From: Bacillota bacterium
GTDB lineage: Bacteria > Bacillota > Dethiobacteria > DTU022
Direction of reading: 5' to 3'
Length of the DNA stretch: 64,000 bases
Assembly (NCBI GenBank): GCA_019428945.1
Contig: JAHYJM010000002.1
Coordinates: 2,107-66,106 of the forward strand
Below, in pieces: positions 38,476 through 48,722 of the stretch (position 1 is its first letter; each line of letters begins with the position of its first letter). A program made the position numbers and the translations under genes. The notes under the pieces were generated by a model. That model saw only the letters and a list, made by a program, of their open reading frames with translations, searched no databases and was not told the DNA's origin.

Positions 38476-40347
38476 ATGTCAGAACAGTTATTACCAATAA
38501 GCAGAGAAGAAGTTTATGAGAGAGGCTGGGACAGCCCTGATTTTATTCTAGTCAGCGGCGATGCCTATGTCGATCATCCCTCATTTGGCGCTGCCATTAT
38601 TAGCCGCCAGCTTGAAGCCTGTGGTTTTAAAGTGGGGGTTATCGCCCAACCAGATTGGAAAAATATAAATGAGTTTCAGAAATTAGGCCGTCCTTCTATA
38701 GGTTTTCTTGTTACAGCCGGCAATATTGATTCCATGGTTAACCATTATACCGTCGCAAAAAAGAAGCGAAAAACCGATGCGTACAGTCCTGGAGGTAAAA
38801 CCGGTCTGCGTCCTGACCGGGCTACAACAATATATACCCGTATGATAAAAAAAGCATATCCTGATCTGCCAGTAATAATAGGCGGTATTGAAGCAAGTTT
38901 GCGACGTCTGGGCCATTATGACTATTGGGAAGACAGGGTTTTAAATTCAATTCTGCTCGATTCCACAGCAGATCTGCTAATTTACGGTATGGCCGATAAA
39001 ACGGTGGTTGAAGTTGCAGAAGCGCTGCAAAGCGGTCTAAAAATTGACGATCTTATCTTTATCAGGGGCACAGTCTATAAAGCACAAACTATCAACAACC
39101 CGGATGATACGATAATTTTGCCCTCATTTGAGGAAATTGCCACGGATAAAAAGGCTTTTGCAAAAAGCTTTATGATCCAGTCCCGCAACACCGATTATAT
39201 CACTGCTAATATCCTGGCAGAACCCTATCAAGATGGGTATTTAATTCAGAACCCACCATCAGAGCCATTAAGCACTGATGAGCTTGATATGATCTACCGC
39301 CTGCCATTTACCCGGAATTTTCACCCCGTTTATGAAAAAGCGGGCGGAGTACCAGCCATTACCGAAGTTAAATTCAGCCTGATCAGCAGTCGCGGTTGTT
39401 ATGGTGGCTGCAGTTTCTGTTCGCTAAATTTCCACCAGGGAAGAACCATTCAGACCAGGAGCAGTGATTCCATAGTTGAAGAAGCTAAAATCCTTATCGG
39501 TGATCCCGATTTCAAAGGTTATATTCATGATGTGGGGGGACCAACTGCAAATTTCCGTCTGAAAGCCTGTCAAAAGCAGCTTAAAGAGGGAATCTGCCGG
39601 GATAAACAGTGTCTTTTTCCCCAACCATGCAATAACCTGATCATAGACCACAGCGATTACCTGAATCTGCTGCGTCGCCTGCGTAAACTTGAAGGGGTTA
39701 AAAAAGTTTTTATTCGTTCAGGAATCCGCTATGATTACCTGCTCGCCGACCCACATGGAGAAACTTTTTTTGAAGAGCTATGTCAACACCACGTCAGCGG
39801 ACAGCTGAAAGTAGCACCGGAGCATTCCGCCCCGGCTGTGCTGAATAAAATGGGCAAGCCGGATAAAAAAGTATATCTTGACTTCAAGAAAAAATATAAA
39901 GCAATTAATGAGAAACTGGGTAAGGAACAATACCTGGTACCTTACTTTATGTCCAGCCACCCGGGTTCTGACCTGGAAGCATCTGTGGAGTTGGCCGTTT
40001 TTATACGAAATAATGAACACCGCCCGGAACAGGTTCAGGATTTTTATCCCACACCCGGCACACTTTCCACCTGCATGTTCCATACAGAGATCGACCCGAG
40101 AACTATGAAGCCTCTTTACGTGCCTAAGACACCACATGAAAAAGCTATACAGAGAGCCCTTATACAGTTCAGAAACCCAAAGAATTACAGGCTCGTATAC
40201 GAAGCTCTGCAGAAAACAGGACGAAAAGATCTGATCGGCTACGGGCGCCGGTGCCTGATTAAACCGCCTTCCGGAAAGAATAAGGGGCCGGTCGCAGCAA
40301 ATCATAAATTAAGAATGGGAAAAAAAGATGCATCTAAACTTAAATAA
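38476..40347 (+). CDS. ygiQ: YgiQ family radical SAM protein (UPF0313).
   Basis: 623 aa. The N-terminal region ...ILVSGDAYVDHPSFGAAIISRQLEA.GF.VG.IAQPDW is characteristic of YgiQ. The radical SAM cluster is CYGGCSFCS. An extended -10 promoter (TGCTATAAT) lies about 40 nt upstream. Confidence 0.85.
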   Translation: MSEQLLPISREEVYERGWDSPDFILVSGDAYVDHPSFGAAIISRQLEACGFKVGVIAQPDWKNINEFQKLGRPSIGFLVTAGNIDSMVNHYTVAKKKRKTDAYSPGGKTGLRPDRATTIYTRMIKKAYPDLPVIIGGIEASLRRLGHYDYWEDRVLNSILLDSTADLLIYGMADKTVVEVAEALQSGLKIDDLIFIRGTVYKAQTINNPDDTIILPSFEEIATDKKAFAKSFMIQSRNTDYITANILAEPYQDGYLIQNPPSEPLSTDELDMIYRLPFTRNFHPVYEKAGGVPAITEVKFSLISSRGCYGGCSFCSLNFHQGRTIQTRSSDSIVEEAKILIGDPDFKGYIHDVGGPTANFRLKACQKQLKEGICRDKQCLFPQPCNNLIIDHSDYLNLLRRLRKLEGVKKVFIRSGIRYDYLLADPHGETFFEELCQHHVSGQLKVAPEHSAPAVLNKMGKPDKKVYLDFKKKYKAINEKLGKEQYLVPYFMSSHPGSDLEASVELAVFIRNNEHRPEQVQDFYPTPGTLSTCMFHTEIDPRTMKPLYVPKTPHEKAIQRALIQFRNPKNYRLVYEALQKTGRKDLIGYGRRCLIKPPSGKNKGPVAANHKLRMGKKDASKLK

Positions 40348-40417
40348 ACTTAATCTCCGCAGGATCATTTTACGATAAGCTGCTTAACATCTCAAAGAGC
40401 AGGAACAATCAGGACGA

Positions 40418-40564
40418 TGATGGAAGCAATAGTGGCAATCAGTGGTTACTTCCTCGGCGGTCCGCTTGGTCTCGGCACAGTTATTTTTGCGCTTACAGTC
40501 GGTCTGTTCATGGAGATCGGGTTCAGCCTGATTGGAAAGTCGAAAAATACTTCAATCTATTAAC
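40418..40564 (+). CDS. Candidate small hydrophobic protein (48 aa) that is not in the ORF track.
   Basis: MMEAIVAISGYFLGGPLGLGTVIFALTVGLFMEIGFSLIGKSKNTSIY. An AGGA lies 5 nt before the second ATG. It sits in the 280 bp gap between ygiQ and the SDR gene. Confidence 0.3.
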
Positions 40565-40628
40565 ATATCTGGGGCTGTTAAATCTGTTATAATTATAACA
40601 AGAAAATTAAGATAAAAGAGGTGATCGC

Positions 40629-41393
40629 TTGGAAAACCAGAAATATGGCCTGACCGATAAGGTATTTGTAATAACAGGAGGAAGCCGGGGAATTGGCCTT
40701 GAACTTGCCCGCCGTCTTCTTCAGGAAAAAGCCAGGGTGGCTATTTGCGCCCGCAAACAGGAAGGGCTCGATCTGGCAGCCAAGGAGTTAAACGGCGGCG
40801 ATGCCCTGTTGACAGTCCCGGCCCATATTGCCAAAGAGATAGAGGTAGACAACCTTTTTAAACAAACGTATTCACGATTCGGAAAAATAGATGCTTTAAT
40901 CAATAACGTAGGCATGAATCTGCTGACTCCTTCAGTCACAGAAACTGAAGCTGCAACCTGGCAAAAAATTATTGATTCAAACCTCACCGGAACTTATTAC
41001 TGTTCGCGTGCAGCGGCCAAAATCATGAAAGGGCAGGGTGGCGGCAAAATTATCAGTATTTCATCCCTTGCTGCCTGCCGGGCAGCACCGGGCATGGGTA
41101 TTTATGGAATCGCAAAGGCAGGAATAGAGATGCTGACAAAAGTTTTGGCCGCTGAATTGGCAAGAGACAACATACAGGTTAATGCAGTAGCACCATGCAT
41201 GGTTAAAACCGGCTTCAGCTCACCTTTCTGGTCTAACCGGGATGTACATGATGAAGTTGTAAAAGGCATTCCGATTGGCCGACTGGCCGAAATACAAGAC
41301 ATCGTCGACCCGGTTTTATTTCTCTGTTCGGCGGGCGCCGATTTTATTACCGGTCAGATAATAGCCATTGATGGAGGAGCATCAGCAGTGTGA
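40629..41393 (+). CDS. Short-chain dehydrogenase/reductase (FabG-like 3-oxoacyl reductase family).
   Basis: 254 aa. There is a TTG start with an AAAGAGGTG RBS. The sequence contains TGGSRGIGLELA and the YxxxK catalytic motif (YGIAKAG). Confidence 0.8.
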   Translation: MENQKYGLTDKVFVITGGSRGIGLELARRLLQEKARVAICARKQEGLDLAAKELNGGDALLTVPAHIAKEIEVDNLFKQTYSRFGKIDALINNVGMNLLTPSVTETEAATWQKIIDSNLTGTYYCSRAAAKIMKGQGGGKIISISSLAACRAAPGMGIYGIAKAGIEMLTKVLAAELARDNIQVNAVAPCMVKTGFSSPFWSNRDVHDEVVKGIPIGRLAEIQDIVDPVLFLCSAGADFITGQIIAIDGGASAV

Positions 41394-41556
41394 TCGCAGT
41401 GTTAAAATTTAAATTCAGGATCGGGCAAAAAAATAATGGAGGGTGCTGTTGATTGGAAACACGAGCACCGGTATGCTCAGATCCGGGGAAACAGCTTAAA
41501 TAGTCAGGTGAAAACATAAGATGGCAGGGTTGCTGCAGGTTTAATGAAAAACTGTT

Positions 41557-43734
41557 TCAACCCCCGATTAATTTGCAGTTTATCTTCGGGAGAGGATATA
41601 TGTTTCTGATTATTTCAATGTTCAGATCAGGATTTCGCAGATCAGCTTTCAGGCTGATCTCAATTTCACTGTAATTACCTTTTTTATAATCTGTTGAAAT
41701 ACCATCGTCAAAAAAAAGCCTGCAAAAGCCTTCCTGACCAGAATAACAACGTAGCTCTAGCTCGCTATCCAAGCTTTCGATACTGTTTTTACCACATTGA
41801 TTAAAGGGCAGAATGGTTCCCGCTTTTACATATAGAGGCAGCTTATCCAAGGGAGCGTCAGCAATTATGTAAGCACCACCTGAATACTTCTTATCTGTCC
41901 AAAAATCGTACCAATCACCTCCAGGCAGGTAAACTGCCCGTTGCTCAATTCCCGGCCTGATCACAGGGCAAATCATCAACCCTTCACCAAGAAGAAATTG
42001 ATCATTAATATTATATGTTTTTTTATCCTCCTGATAGTGATAAAAAAGTGGCCGGACTGCCGGTTCACCAGTCAGTGAACAATTTCTCATCAGATTATAG
42101 ATGTAAGTTAGGAAACGGTAGCGCAAACTAATATAATATCGGGTTATATCAAGCACTTTTTCTGAATAATTCCATGGCTCCTGGTATGCAGTTCCAATTT
42201 CACTGTGATTACGGAAAAAAGGCAAAAAAGCGCCCAACTGGGTCCAGCGGACAAGCAGTTCTTCAGTGCAATCCCCGCGGTAGCCGCCTACATCAGCACC
42301 TGCAAAAGAATACCCGCTCAAACCAAGATTAAGGATCATGGGGATACTGCTCTCCAGGTGCTCCCAGATACTCGAATTATCACCTGTCCAGAGTGCTGCA
42401 TAACGCTGGCTGCCGGCAAAAGCTGCCCGGGTCAGGACAAAATGCCTTTTTGATGGTTCAATTTTATCAAGAGCTTTCCTTGTCGCCATAGTATGATAAA
42501 ACCCGTACATATTATGGACTTCGGCATGGGATAATTCTTTACCACTGTCGGTGCGGTGAACCGCTTCATCCGGCAAAGTACCACTGGAAAGGGAGAAATT
42601 TGAGGGTTCATTCATGTCGTTCCAGATACCTTCCACTCCGGCATCAAGTAGTTCGCGGTGAAACTCACCCCACCATTCCCTTACTTCTACACGTAGAAAA
42701 TCGGGGAAAACAGCCGGTTTAGGCCATACTTCCCCAATATATTCCTTTCCAGCAGGCATATAAACAAAATAATTATTTTTGATTCCTTCATCAAATACTC
42801 TGTAACCTCTTTCTGCCTTGACACCCGGATTGATAATCACTACAACGCCAAAGCCCATATTTTTCAGTTTGCCGATTGTTGCTTTGAAATTTGCAAAACG
42901 TTCCCGACTTACAGTAAATACCTTGTAAGCTTCCATGTAATGAATATCCAGGTAGAGAATATCGCAGGGTATTTGATGATGGCGCAGATTCTCCGCAACT
43001 GCAAGCAGTTCGTTCTGATCCTGATAACTGTAACGGCTCTGCTGAAAACCAAGGTATCTGATATCGGGCATGGGAGGCTTCCCGGTCAGATAACTGTAAG
43101 CACTAACAACCTCGGCTGCAGTGGAGCCGTATATAAAATAATAATCAAGAATACCTCCTTCTGCCTTCAGACTGATAAGATCAAAGCTGGTTTTACCGAA
43201 ATCGAACTCGGTTCGAAAACTATTATCAAAATAAAGACCGTAAGCCCGGCCTGGGGCAACTCCAAGGTAGAAGGGAATTGAAGTATGCATTTCCTGAACC
43301 TGGGGATGCTGAATGGGATTATGAAACAAAACATCGCTGTTGTAATTTACAGTAGCATTAGCCAAATGGTTTAACCAACTGTATTTTTCACCATTTCCAT
43401 ATATACCCTTTTCCCACAACAACTTCTTCCTGATTTGAGGTTGATCTGGCTCAACCTGTAGATCTTCGTTTATTTTTGCACCATTTTGGTCAAAGATCTT
43501 AACGGCCAGGGTTCTGTCATCAACTTCCACACTGAACAAACCCAGGTTATAACGATCGTTTTCAATCCAAGATGCTACTTCTACCGGGGAGGCCAGCACT
43601 GCATCTGTAGAATTTGGAACTTCTTCAGTAGCAGAATAAACCAATCGCATGATATTATCCTGATAGTATAAAATGTGGAGGCAGTAATTATCTCCCCTGA
43701 ATAGAAAACCGTATTTTGTTATTTCTGTATTCAT
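41557..43734 (-). CDS. Glycoside hydrolase family 31 alpha-glucosidase or alpha-xylosidase.
   Basis: 725 aa. GIWNDMNEP is the GH31 catalytic-nucleophile region, and FAGADVGGY is also present. Confidence 0.85.
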   Translation of the reverse strand: MNTEITKYGFLFRGDNYCLHILYYQDNIMRLVYSATEEVPNSTDAVLASPVEVASWIENDRYNLGLFSVEVDDRTLAVKIFDQNGAKINEDLQVEPDQPQIRKKLLWEKGIYGNGEKYSWLNHLANATVNYNSDVLFHNPIQHPQVQEMHTSIPFYLGVAPGRAYGLYFDNSFRTEFDFGKTSFDLISLKAEGGILDYYFIYGSTAAEVVSAYSYLTGKPPMPDIRYLGFQQSRYSYQDQNELLAVAENLRHHQIPCDILYLDIHYMEAYKVFTVSRERFANFKATIGKLKNMGFGVVVIINPGVKAERGYRVFDEGIKNNYFVYMPAGKEYIGEVWPKPAVFPDFLRVEVREWWGEFHRELLDAGVEGIWNDMNEPSNFSLSSGTLPDEAVHRTDSGKELSHAEVHNMYGFYHTMATRKALDKIEPSKRHFVLTRAAFAGSQRYAALWTGDNSSIWEHLESSIPMILNLGLSGYSFAGADVGGYRGDCTEELLVRWTQLGAFLPFFRNHSEIGTAYQEPWNYSEKVLDITRYYISLRYRFLTYIYNLMRNCSLTGEPAVRPLFYHYQEDKKTYNINDQFLLGEGLMICPVIRPGIEQRAVYLPGGDWYDFWTDKKYSGGAYIIADAPLDKLPLYVKAGTILPFNQCGKNSIESLDSELELRCYSGQEGFCRLFFDDGISTDYKKGNYSEIEISLKADLRNPDLNIEIIRNIYPLPKINCKLIGG

Positions 43735-43782
43735 AACATATTACTCCCAAGGATTATTTATCATCTAATCAAATCAGGTTGA

Positions 43783-46700
43783 TCATTTCTGCAGGAGCGC
43801 CAGTATTTCATTAATATTAATTTCTGCAACTGAATTATATACCAGATCAGCATCGCCGACTCTGGCAGCCGGCCCTATACCTACTACAGACATTCCTGCC
43901 GCCCTGGCTGCAGAAATTCCTGCTTCTGCATCTTCAATAACCACACAACACCGGGAAGATACTGCCAGTTTATCAGCGGCGAAAAGAAAGAGATCCGGAG
44001 CAGGTTTTGTTTTTTCAACACTATTTCCATCGGCGATTACTTCAAAGTAGTCACCTATTCCAAGTTTTCCCACCACATCACGGGCATTCTTACTTGCCGA
44101 GGCAAGGGCCAGTCTAATCTCCTTTTTTTTAAGAATATTGAGCAGTGCTACAGCTCCGGGAAGAATATCTTTTTCGCTAATTGTTTTTATTTGCTCACGA
44201 TAGTAGCTATTTTTTCGTTCCATCAATTCCAACTTTTTATCTTCAGAAATGTCTCTGCCCTTTAAGACAAGCTCCAGTGATGCCCGGCGTGAAACACCGC
44301 GCAATTTTTCATTATCCTCTCTGCTGAATGCAAATCCTTCCTCTTCAGCCAGACGGCGCCAGGCTTGATAGTGAAATTCCGCCGTATCGGTGAGAACTCC
44401 GTCTAAATCAAATATTATCGCTGTCCTTTTGCAGGAATGAACAAGATTGTCTTTACTCATATCAACCTCAGTATTTAAATATTTGACCGGGTTGGTTTTT
44501 ACATAAGAACATTCAAATTTTTCATCGGACAATAAATTTACTTTCACATCATAGTGCGTAAATGATATTGAATCTCCCTGCAGCAAATGGTAAGAAACCC
44601 TATTTTGATCTACCCGAACCTCCAGGTGTGATCCTTTAAAATATATCCGGAACCTGAATCTTTCCCAACTATCCGGCAAAATCGGTTTAAAACTTAATTT
44701 TCCGTCCTGAGTTCTCATTCCACCAAACCCATAGGCAAGACAGAGCCAGGAACCGGCCATATTGGCCATGTGCACACCAAAATGAGCATCCTTAAGTAGA
44801 TTATCAAGATCAAGTCTTGCAGTTATCGAAAAAAAACGGTAAGCATCCTTGTTATAGCCGAGCTCGGATGCAACAACTCCAAATATAGCGGGAGACAATG
44901 ATGAATCATGAGTTGTTATCGGTTCGTAGTATTTATAGTCGCGTCTTTTCTGTTCGAGGCTAAATCGATCTCCAAGCAGAAATTGAGCTAGAAGGATATC
45001 AGGTTGTTTACACACCTGGTACCTGTATATCACCAGCGGGTGATAATGAAGCAGCAGAGGATAATTATCAGCAGGCGTTGAAGCAAAATCCCAGATTTCT
45101 TTGTCAAGAAAGCTGTCATCCTGTGGGTGGATCATTAATGCCTCATCATATGGAATAAACATATTATCGGCTGCTCTCTGCCAGGCAAGGGGCTCTTCTT
45201 CCATTAAATCTATTTTAACAGTTATTTTTTTATATTCATGCGGATATTCAACTTTAAGCCTGCGAGCAGTTTCTGCAGCAAAATTCAGGTGCCATGCTGC
45301 CATCAGGTTTGTATAACAATTATTATTGACCAGAGCGGTATATTCATCGGGGCCGGTCACTTCATGGTAACAAAACTGATTTCCCTTTCTTGATATATAT
45401 GCTCCGAGATCTTCCCAGAGGCGGGCAGTTTCGAAAATTATTTCAGCTCCCATTTCCAGTATAAAATCGTAATCCCCGGTCATTTCAACATATTTGCATG
45501 CTGCATAAGCAATCGCAGCATTAATGTGATATTGCGCCGTGCCTGCCGGATAATACGACGACCCCTCCTCCCCGGCAATTGTTCGCCAGGGATAAAGCGC
45601 TCCCCGTGGATGTGAAAGCTCCCTGGCTCTTGAACGGGCATGCTCAAGTATGCTGTAACGGTATTCCAAAAGGTTTCTTGCTTCATCCGGCAATATAGCG
45701 CTGTAAAAAGGTATCATGTATATTTCGGCATCCCAGAAATAATGCCCGTCGTACCCCTCGCTGGTGAGCCCTTTAGCTCCAATACCTGTTTTACCTTCAC
45801 CACCTGCTGCCTGAAAAAGATGGAAGAGGTTAAAGTGCAAACCCTGTTCCACCGTCAGATCACCGGCTATCTCAACACCAAGATTTTGCCAATAGATATT
45901 TAACGCTTCTTCCTGCTTTTTAAGTAATGACTGGAACCCTGCCTGGCTGGAACTATTGACCGCGCTTTCGGCAAGCACAATCAACTCATCTTCCGGGAAA
46001 TCACGCGTAGTATAATAAGCTACGTATTTTTCAAGAGCCAGGATCTTATTTTTTTCTCCTTCAACCAGGTAATTCAAATATACAGCGCTTTCAGTTTGTT
46101 CTAAATCAATTTTATTGTAGCCCACAGCGTTCAGCGAATTAAGCATTGCGCAGGCCATCTTCAGTTCAGAACGTTTTGTTTCCTGAAGCATTACAGCCTT
46201 TTCGCCGGCTGCCCTGATATCGCTTACTGAAAGTCCCAATCCACCTAATGACGCAGAAAGCCGCGGGTCATTTTCCTCATGAGTATGATTATCCACTGCT
46301 CCATCCAGCGCTGTTCTAAATTTTATGATACCCGAAAAATTAAGCGGTTCCACCTCATAATAAAAAGCTGCAATATGACGGTTAGTATAGGAAACCAGTC
46401 TTTTTATGCAGATTCGCACCTCCCGTCCCAGTGGAGATCTCCACAGAACTTCTCTGAACAGGTAACCTTTTTTCATGTCTATAGTTCGCTCATATTTTAA
46501 TATGGTTCCGCTAACCATACTAAAACGTTCTTCATCAAGGTACAGCTCAATAATTCTGCTGTTGGTTACATTAAGCATAGTTTGAGTATTAACCGCATAA
46601 CCATAACCCCTTTCAGCATGAGGTATAGGCACCGATTCATAAAAACCATTCAAATATATTCCGTTATTAGTTCTGCAGTCAGCCCCGGCCAAGCCTTCCT

Positions 46701-46848
46701 CAAAACTGCCGCGCATACCGATGTAACCATTTCCCAATGCAAAGATGGACTCACTGAGAAGATTGTTTTTCAGGGAAAAGTTTGTTTCGCTAATTTTCCA
46801 GGGATCCATGTTATACAAAGACGGATGTTCCGACTTAAGCTGTTTCAT
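43783..46848 (-). CDS. GH65 disaccharide phosphorylase (maltose/kojibiose/trehalose phosphorylase family) fused to a C-terminal beta-phosphoglucomutase.
   Basis: 1021 aa. The N-terminal roughly 790 aa show GH65 N-terminal, catalytic and C-terminal domains. The last roughly 220 aa, AIIFDLDGVLTDTAEFHYQAWRRLAEE...LKGVSRRASLEL...KTKPAPDLF...DAEAGISAARAAGM, are an HAD-type beta-PGM (PgmB). Confidence 0.85.
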   Translation of the reverse strand: MKQLKSEHPSLYNMDPWKISETNFSLKNNLLSESIFALGNGYIGMRGSFEEGLAGADCRTNNGIYLNGFYESVPIPHAERGYGYAVNTQTMLNVTNSRIIELYLDEERFSMVSGTILKYERTIDMKKGYLFREVLWRSPLGREVRICIKRLVSYTNRHIAAFYYEVEPLNFSGIIKFRTALDGAVDNHTHEENDPRLSASLGGLGLSVSDIRAAGEKAVMLQETKRSELKMACAMLNSLNAVGYNKIDLEQTESAVYLNYLVEGEKNKILALEKYVAYYTTRDFPEDELIVLAESAVNSSSQAGFQSLLKKQEEALNIYWQNLGVEIAGDLTVEQGLHFNLFHLFQAAGGEGKTGIGAKGLTSEGYDGHYFWDAEIYMIPFYSAILPDEARNLLEYRYSILEHARSRARELSHPRGALYPWRTIAGEEGSSYYPAGTAQYHINAAIAYAACKYVEMTGDYDFILEMGAEIIFETARLWEDLGAYISRKGNQFCYHEVTGPDEYTALVNNNCYTNLMAAWHLNFAAETARRLKVEYPHEYKKITVKIDLMEEEPLAWQRAADNMFIPYDEALMIHPQDDSFLDKEIWDFASTPADNYPLLLHYHPLVIYRYQVCKQPDILLAQFLLGDRFSLEQKRRDYKYYEPITTHDSSLSPAIFGVVASELGYNKDAYRFFSITARLDLDNLLKDAHFGVHMANMAGSWLCLAYGFGGMRTQDGKLSFKPILPDSWERFRFRIYFKGSHLEVRVDQNRVSYHLLQGDSISFTHYDVKVNLLSDEKFECSYVKTNPVKYLNTEVDMSKDNLVHSCKRTAIIFDLDGVLTDTAEFHYQAWRRLAEEEGFAFSREDNEKLRGVSRRASLELVLKGRDISEDKKLELMERKNSYYREQIKTISEKDILPGAVALLNILKKKEIRLALASASKNARDVVGKLGIGDYFEVIADGNSVEKTKPAPDLFLFAADKLAVSSRCCVVIEDAEAGISAARAAGMSVVGIGPAARVGDADLVYNSVAEININEILALLQK

Positions 46849-46964
46849 ATTGGGAAATCATGCCTTTCTATATCTGAAATATAATCTGTAACTTTTTCTG
46901 GAAGGCGAAACAATTCTCCTGCCTGGTCATAAAAACAGGAATGCAAATTAAATATCATATCCTG

Positions 46965-47639
46965 TCATTCATTCAGATTTCTTTTTTCACCTGTCACCAG
47001 AAAAATAACTTCTTCGGCAATATTTGTGGCATGATCGGAAATTCTCTCCAACCAGCGTCCGACAAATAGAAGATGGGTGGCCTGGGTAATAGTTTTAGGG
47101 TTTTCCATCATGATCGTCAAAAGCTCTCTGAAAATCTGACCGAAGAGTTTATCTACTTCATCATCGTCTTTTCCGACAGCTATCGCCAATTCTACATCTT
47201 CGCGCACATAGGCATCAAGCGCCTGCTTTACCATCTTTTGACTGAGTATTGCCATGCGCGGTATATCAACAAGCGGTTTAATCAGCGGCTGATCGGCAAT
47301 TCGCAACGTTATTCTGGCAATACTGGTAGCATAATCGGCCATTCTCTCCAAATCATTAATCATCTTAAAAAGAGTGGCTACCCGTCGTAAGTCTTTGGCC
47401 ATAGGCTGCTGGGTTGCAATAAATTCGATGATCTTATCTTCAATTACATGCTCCAGATCATCGATAACATCATCACCGTCGATTACTTTTCGGGCCAGCT
47501 CAAGATCCTGACTTTTCAGGGCTTCTATCGACAGGGCAATTGATTCTTCTACCAGGTTGCCCATCTGCTGCAATCGCTCATGAAGTAAAGATATTTTTTC
47601 TTCAAAAACTACTTTTCTTTCGCGTTCTAAATTGTCCAT
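46965..47639 (-). CDS. phoU: Phosphate transport system regulatory protein PhoU.
   Basis: 224 aa with two PhoU repeats. ...QMGNLVEESIALSIEAL...DDVID..E is present. Confidence 0.9.
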   Translation of the reverse strand: MDNLERERKVVFEEKISLLHERLQQMGNLVEESIALSIEALKSQDLELARKVIDGDDVIDDLEHVIEDKIIEFIATQQPMAKDLRRVATLFKMINDLERMADYATSIARITLRIADQPLIKPLVDIPRMAILSQKMVKQALDAYVREDVELAIAVGKDDDEVDKLFGQIFRELLTIMMENPKTITQATHLLFVGRWLERISDHATNIAEEVIFLVTGEKRNLNE

Positions 47640-47662
47640 CGCTCAGTCTCCTCTGATCCGGG

Positions 47663-48505
47663 TTAGCCAAAACGCCCGGTAATGTAATCTTCAGTGCGTT
47701 GATCTTCGGGCTTTGTAAAAATCTGTGCGGTTTTGCCCCACTCAATCATTTCCCCCTGGAAAAAGAATCCGGTAAAATCAGAAATTCGAGCCGCCTGCTG
47801 CATATTATGGGTAACTATAATAATTGTATATTCTTTGCAAAGATCACGAATCAGGTCTTCAATACGCTGAGTGGCAATCGGGTCAATCGCCGAAGTCGGT
47901 TCATCCATAAGAAGTATCCGGGGCTGAACAGCGAGTGCCCGGGCTATGCAGAGACGCTGCTGCTGCCCGCCTGAAAGAGCCAGGGCCGGTTCGTGCAAAC
48001 GATCTTTAACTTCATCCCAAAGGGCGCCACCTATAAGACTTTCTTCTACAATTTGGTTTAACATTATTTTATTTTTTAGACCATGAATTCGCGGGCCATA
48101 TGCCACATTATCATATATGCTCTTCGGAAAAGGATTTGGTTGCTGAAAAACCATACCCACTTTCTTACGCAATTCAACCACATCCATCGAAGAGTCATAG
48201 ATATCTTCACCATGAACGGTAACCATACCTTCGAGCCTCGTTCCGGGAATCAAGTCGTTCATGCGGTTCAAAACTCTTAAAAAGGTCGATTTGCCGCATC
48301 CCGAAGGACCAATCAAAGCAGCAACTCCCTTTTCTTTAACCTCAATATCAACATTAAACAAGGCTTGTTTGCTGCCATAATAGAAATTTAGCTGCTCCAC
48401 TTTTACCTCGCAATAGTTGTTACCATTTGGCTGCTCTGTCATTTCAACATTGTGGCGGGCATCACTGATCCCATTTTTAAAACCGTTTAGTATTTGCATC
48501 ATCAT
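47663..48505 (-). CDS. pstB: Phosphate ABC transporter ATP-binding protein.
   Basis: Walker A is GPSGCGKST, the signature is [14 protein letters not shown], and [12 protein letters not shown] is present. The start is possibly the internal Met at 48442 (MTEQ...). Confidence 0.9.
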   Translation of the reverse strand: MMMQILNGFKNGISDARHNVEMTEQPNGNNYCEVKVEQLNFYYGSKQALFNVDIEVKEKGVAALIGPSGCGKSTFLRVLNRMNDLIPGTRLEGMVTVHGEDIYDSSMDVVELRKKVGMVFQQPNPFPKSIYDNVAYGPRIHGLKNKIMLNQIVEESLIGGALWDEVKDRLHEPALALSGGQQQRLCIARALAVQPRILLMDEPTSAIDPIATQRIEDLIRDLCKEYTIIIVTHNMQQAARISDFTGFFFQGEMIEWGKTAQIFTKPEDQRTEDYITGRFG

Positions 48506-48722
48506 AGATAGTTCCCGGCTGGCGGAACCTTAAACACACTCCCTTCCCTGAGTCTTTTTTAAGTATTTAGACTCTTAACCTTTCAATTTAACCAGCCCTC
48601 TAAAAGTTTTAGCCGCCTGATCACTAAATTATGCTCGTTAAAATCTTCAATCAGCAGTCTTACTGAATTAGTATTAGTTCAACTAGGCAGATTCCTGTGT
48701 CCTAAATAGTCATGCTAATTTT

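Noticed and set aside
47663-48505. A longer PstB N-terminus, or an extra gene in the pstA-pstB gap.
   Set aside because: An in-frame TAA lies immediately upstream of the first Met, and no ORF over 30 codons with an RBS exists in the 217 bp gap. It is reported as a finding about the spacer instead.
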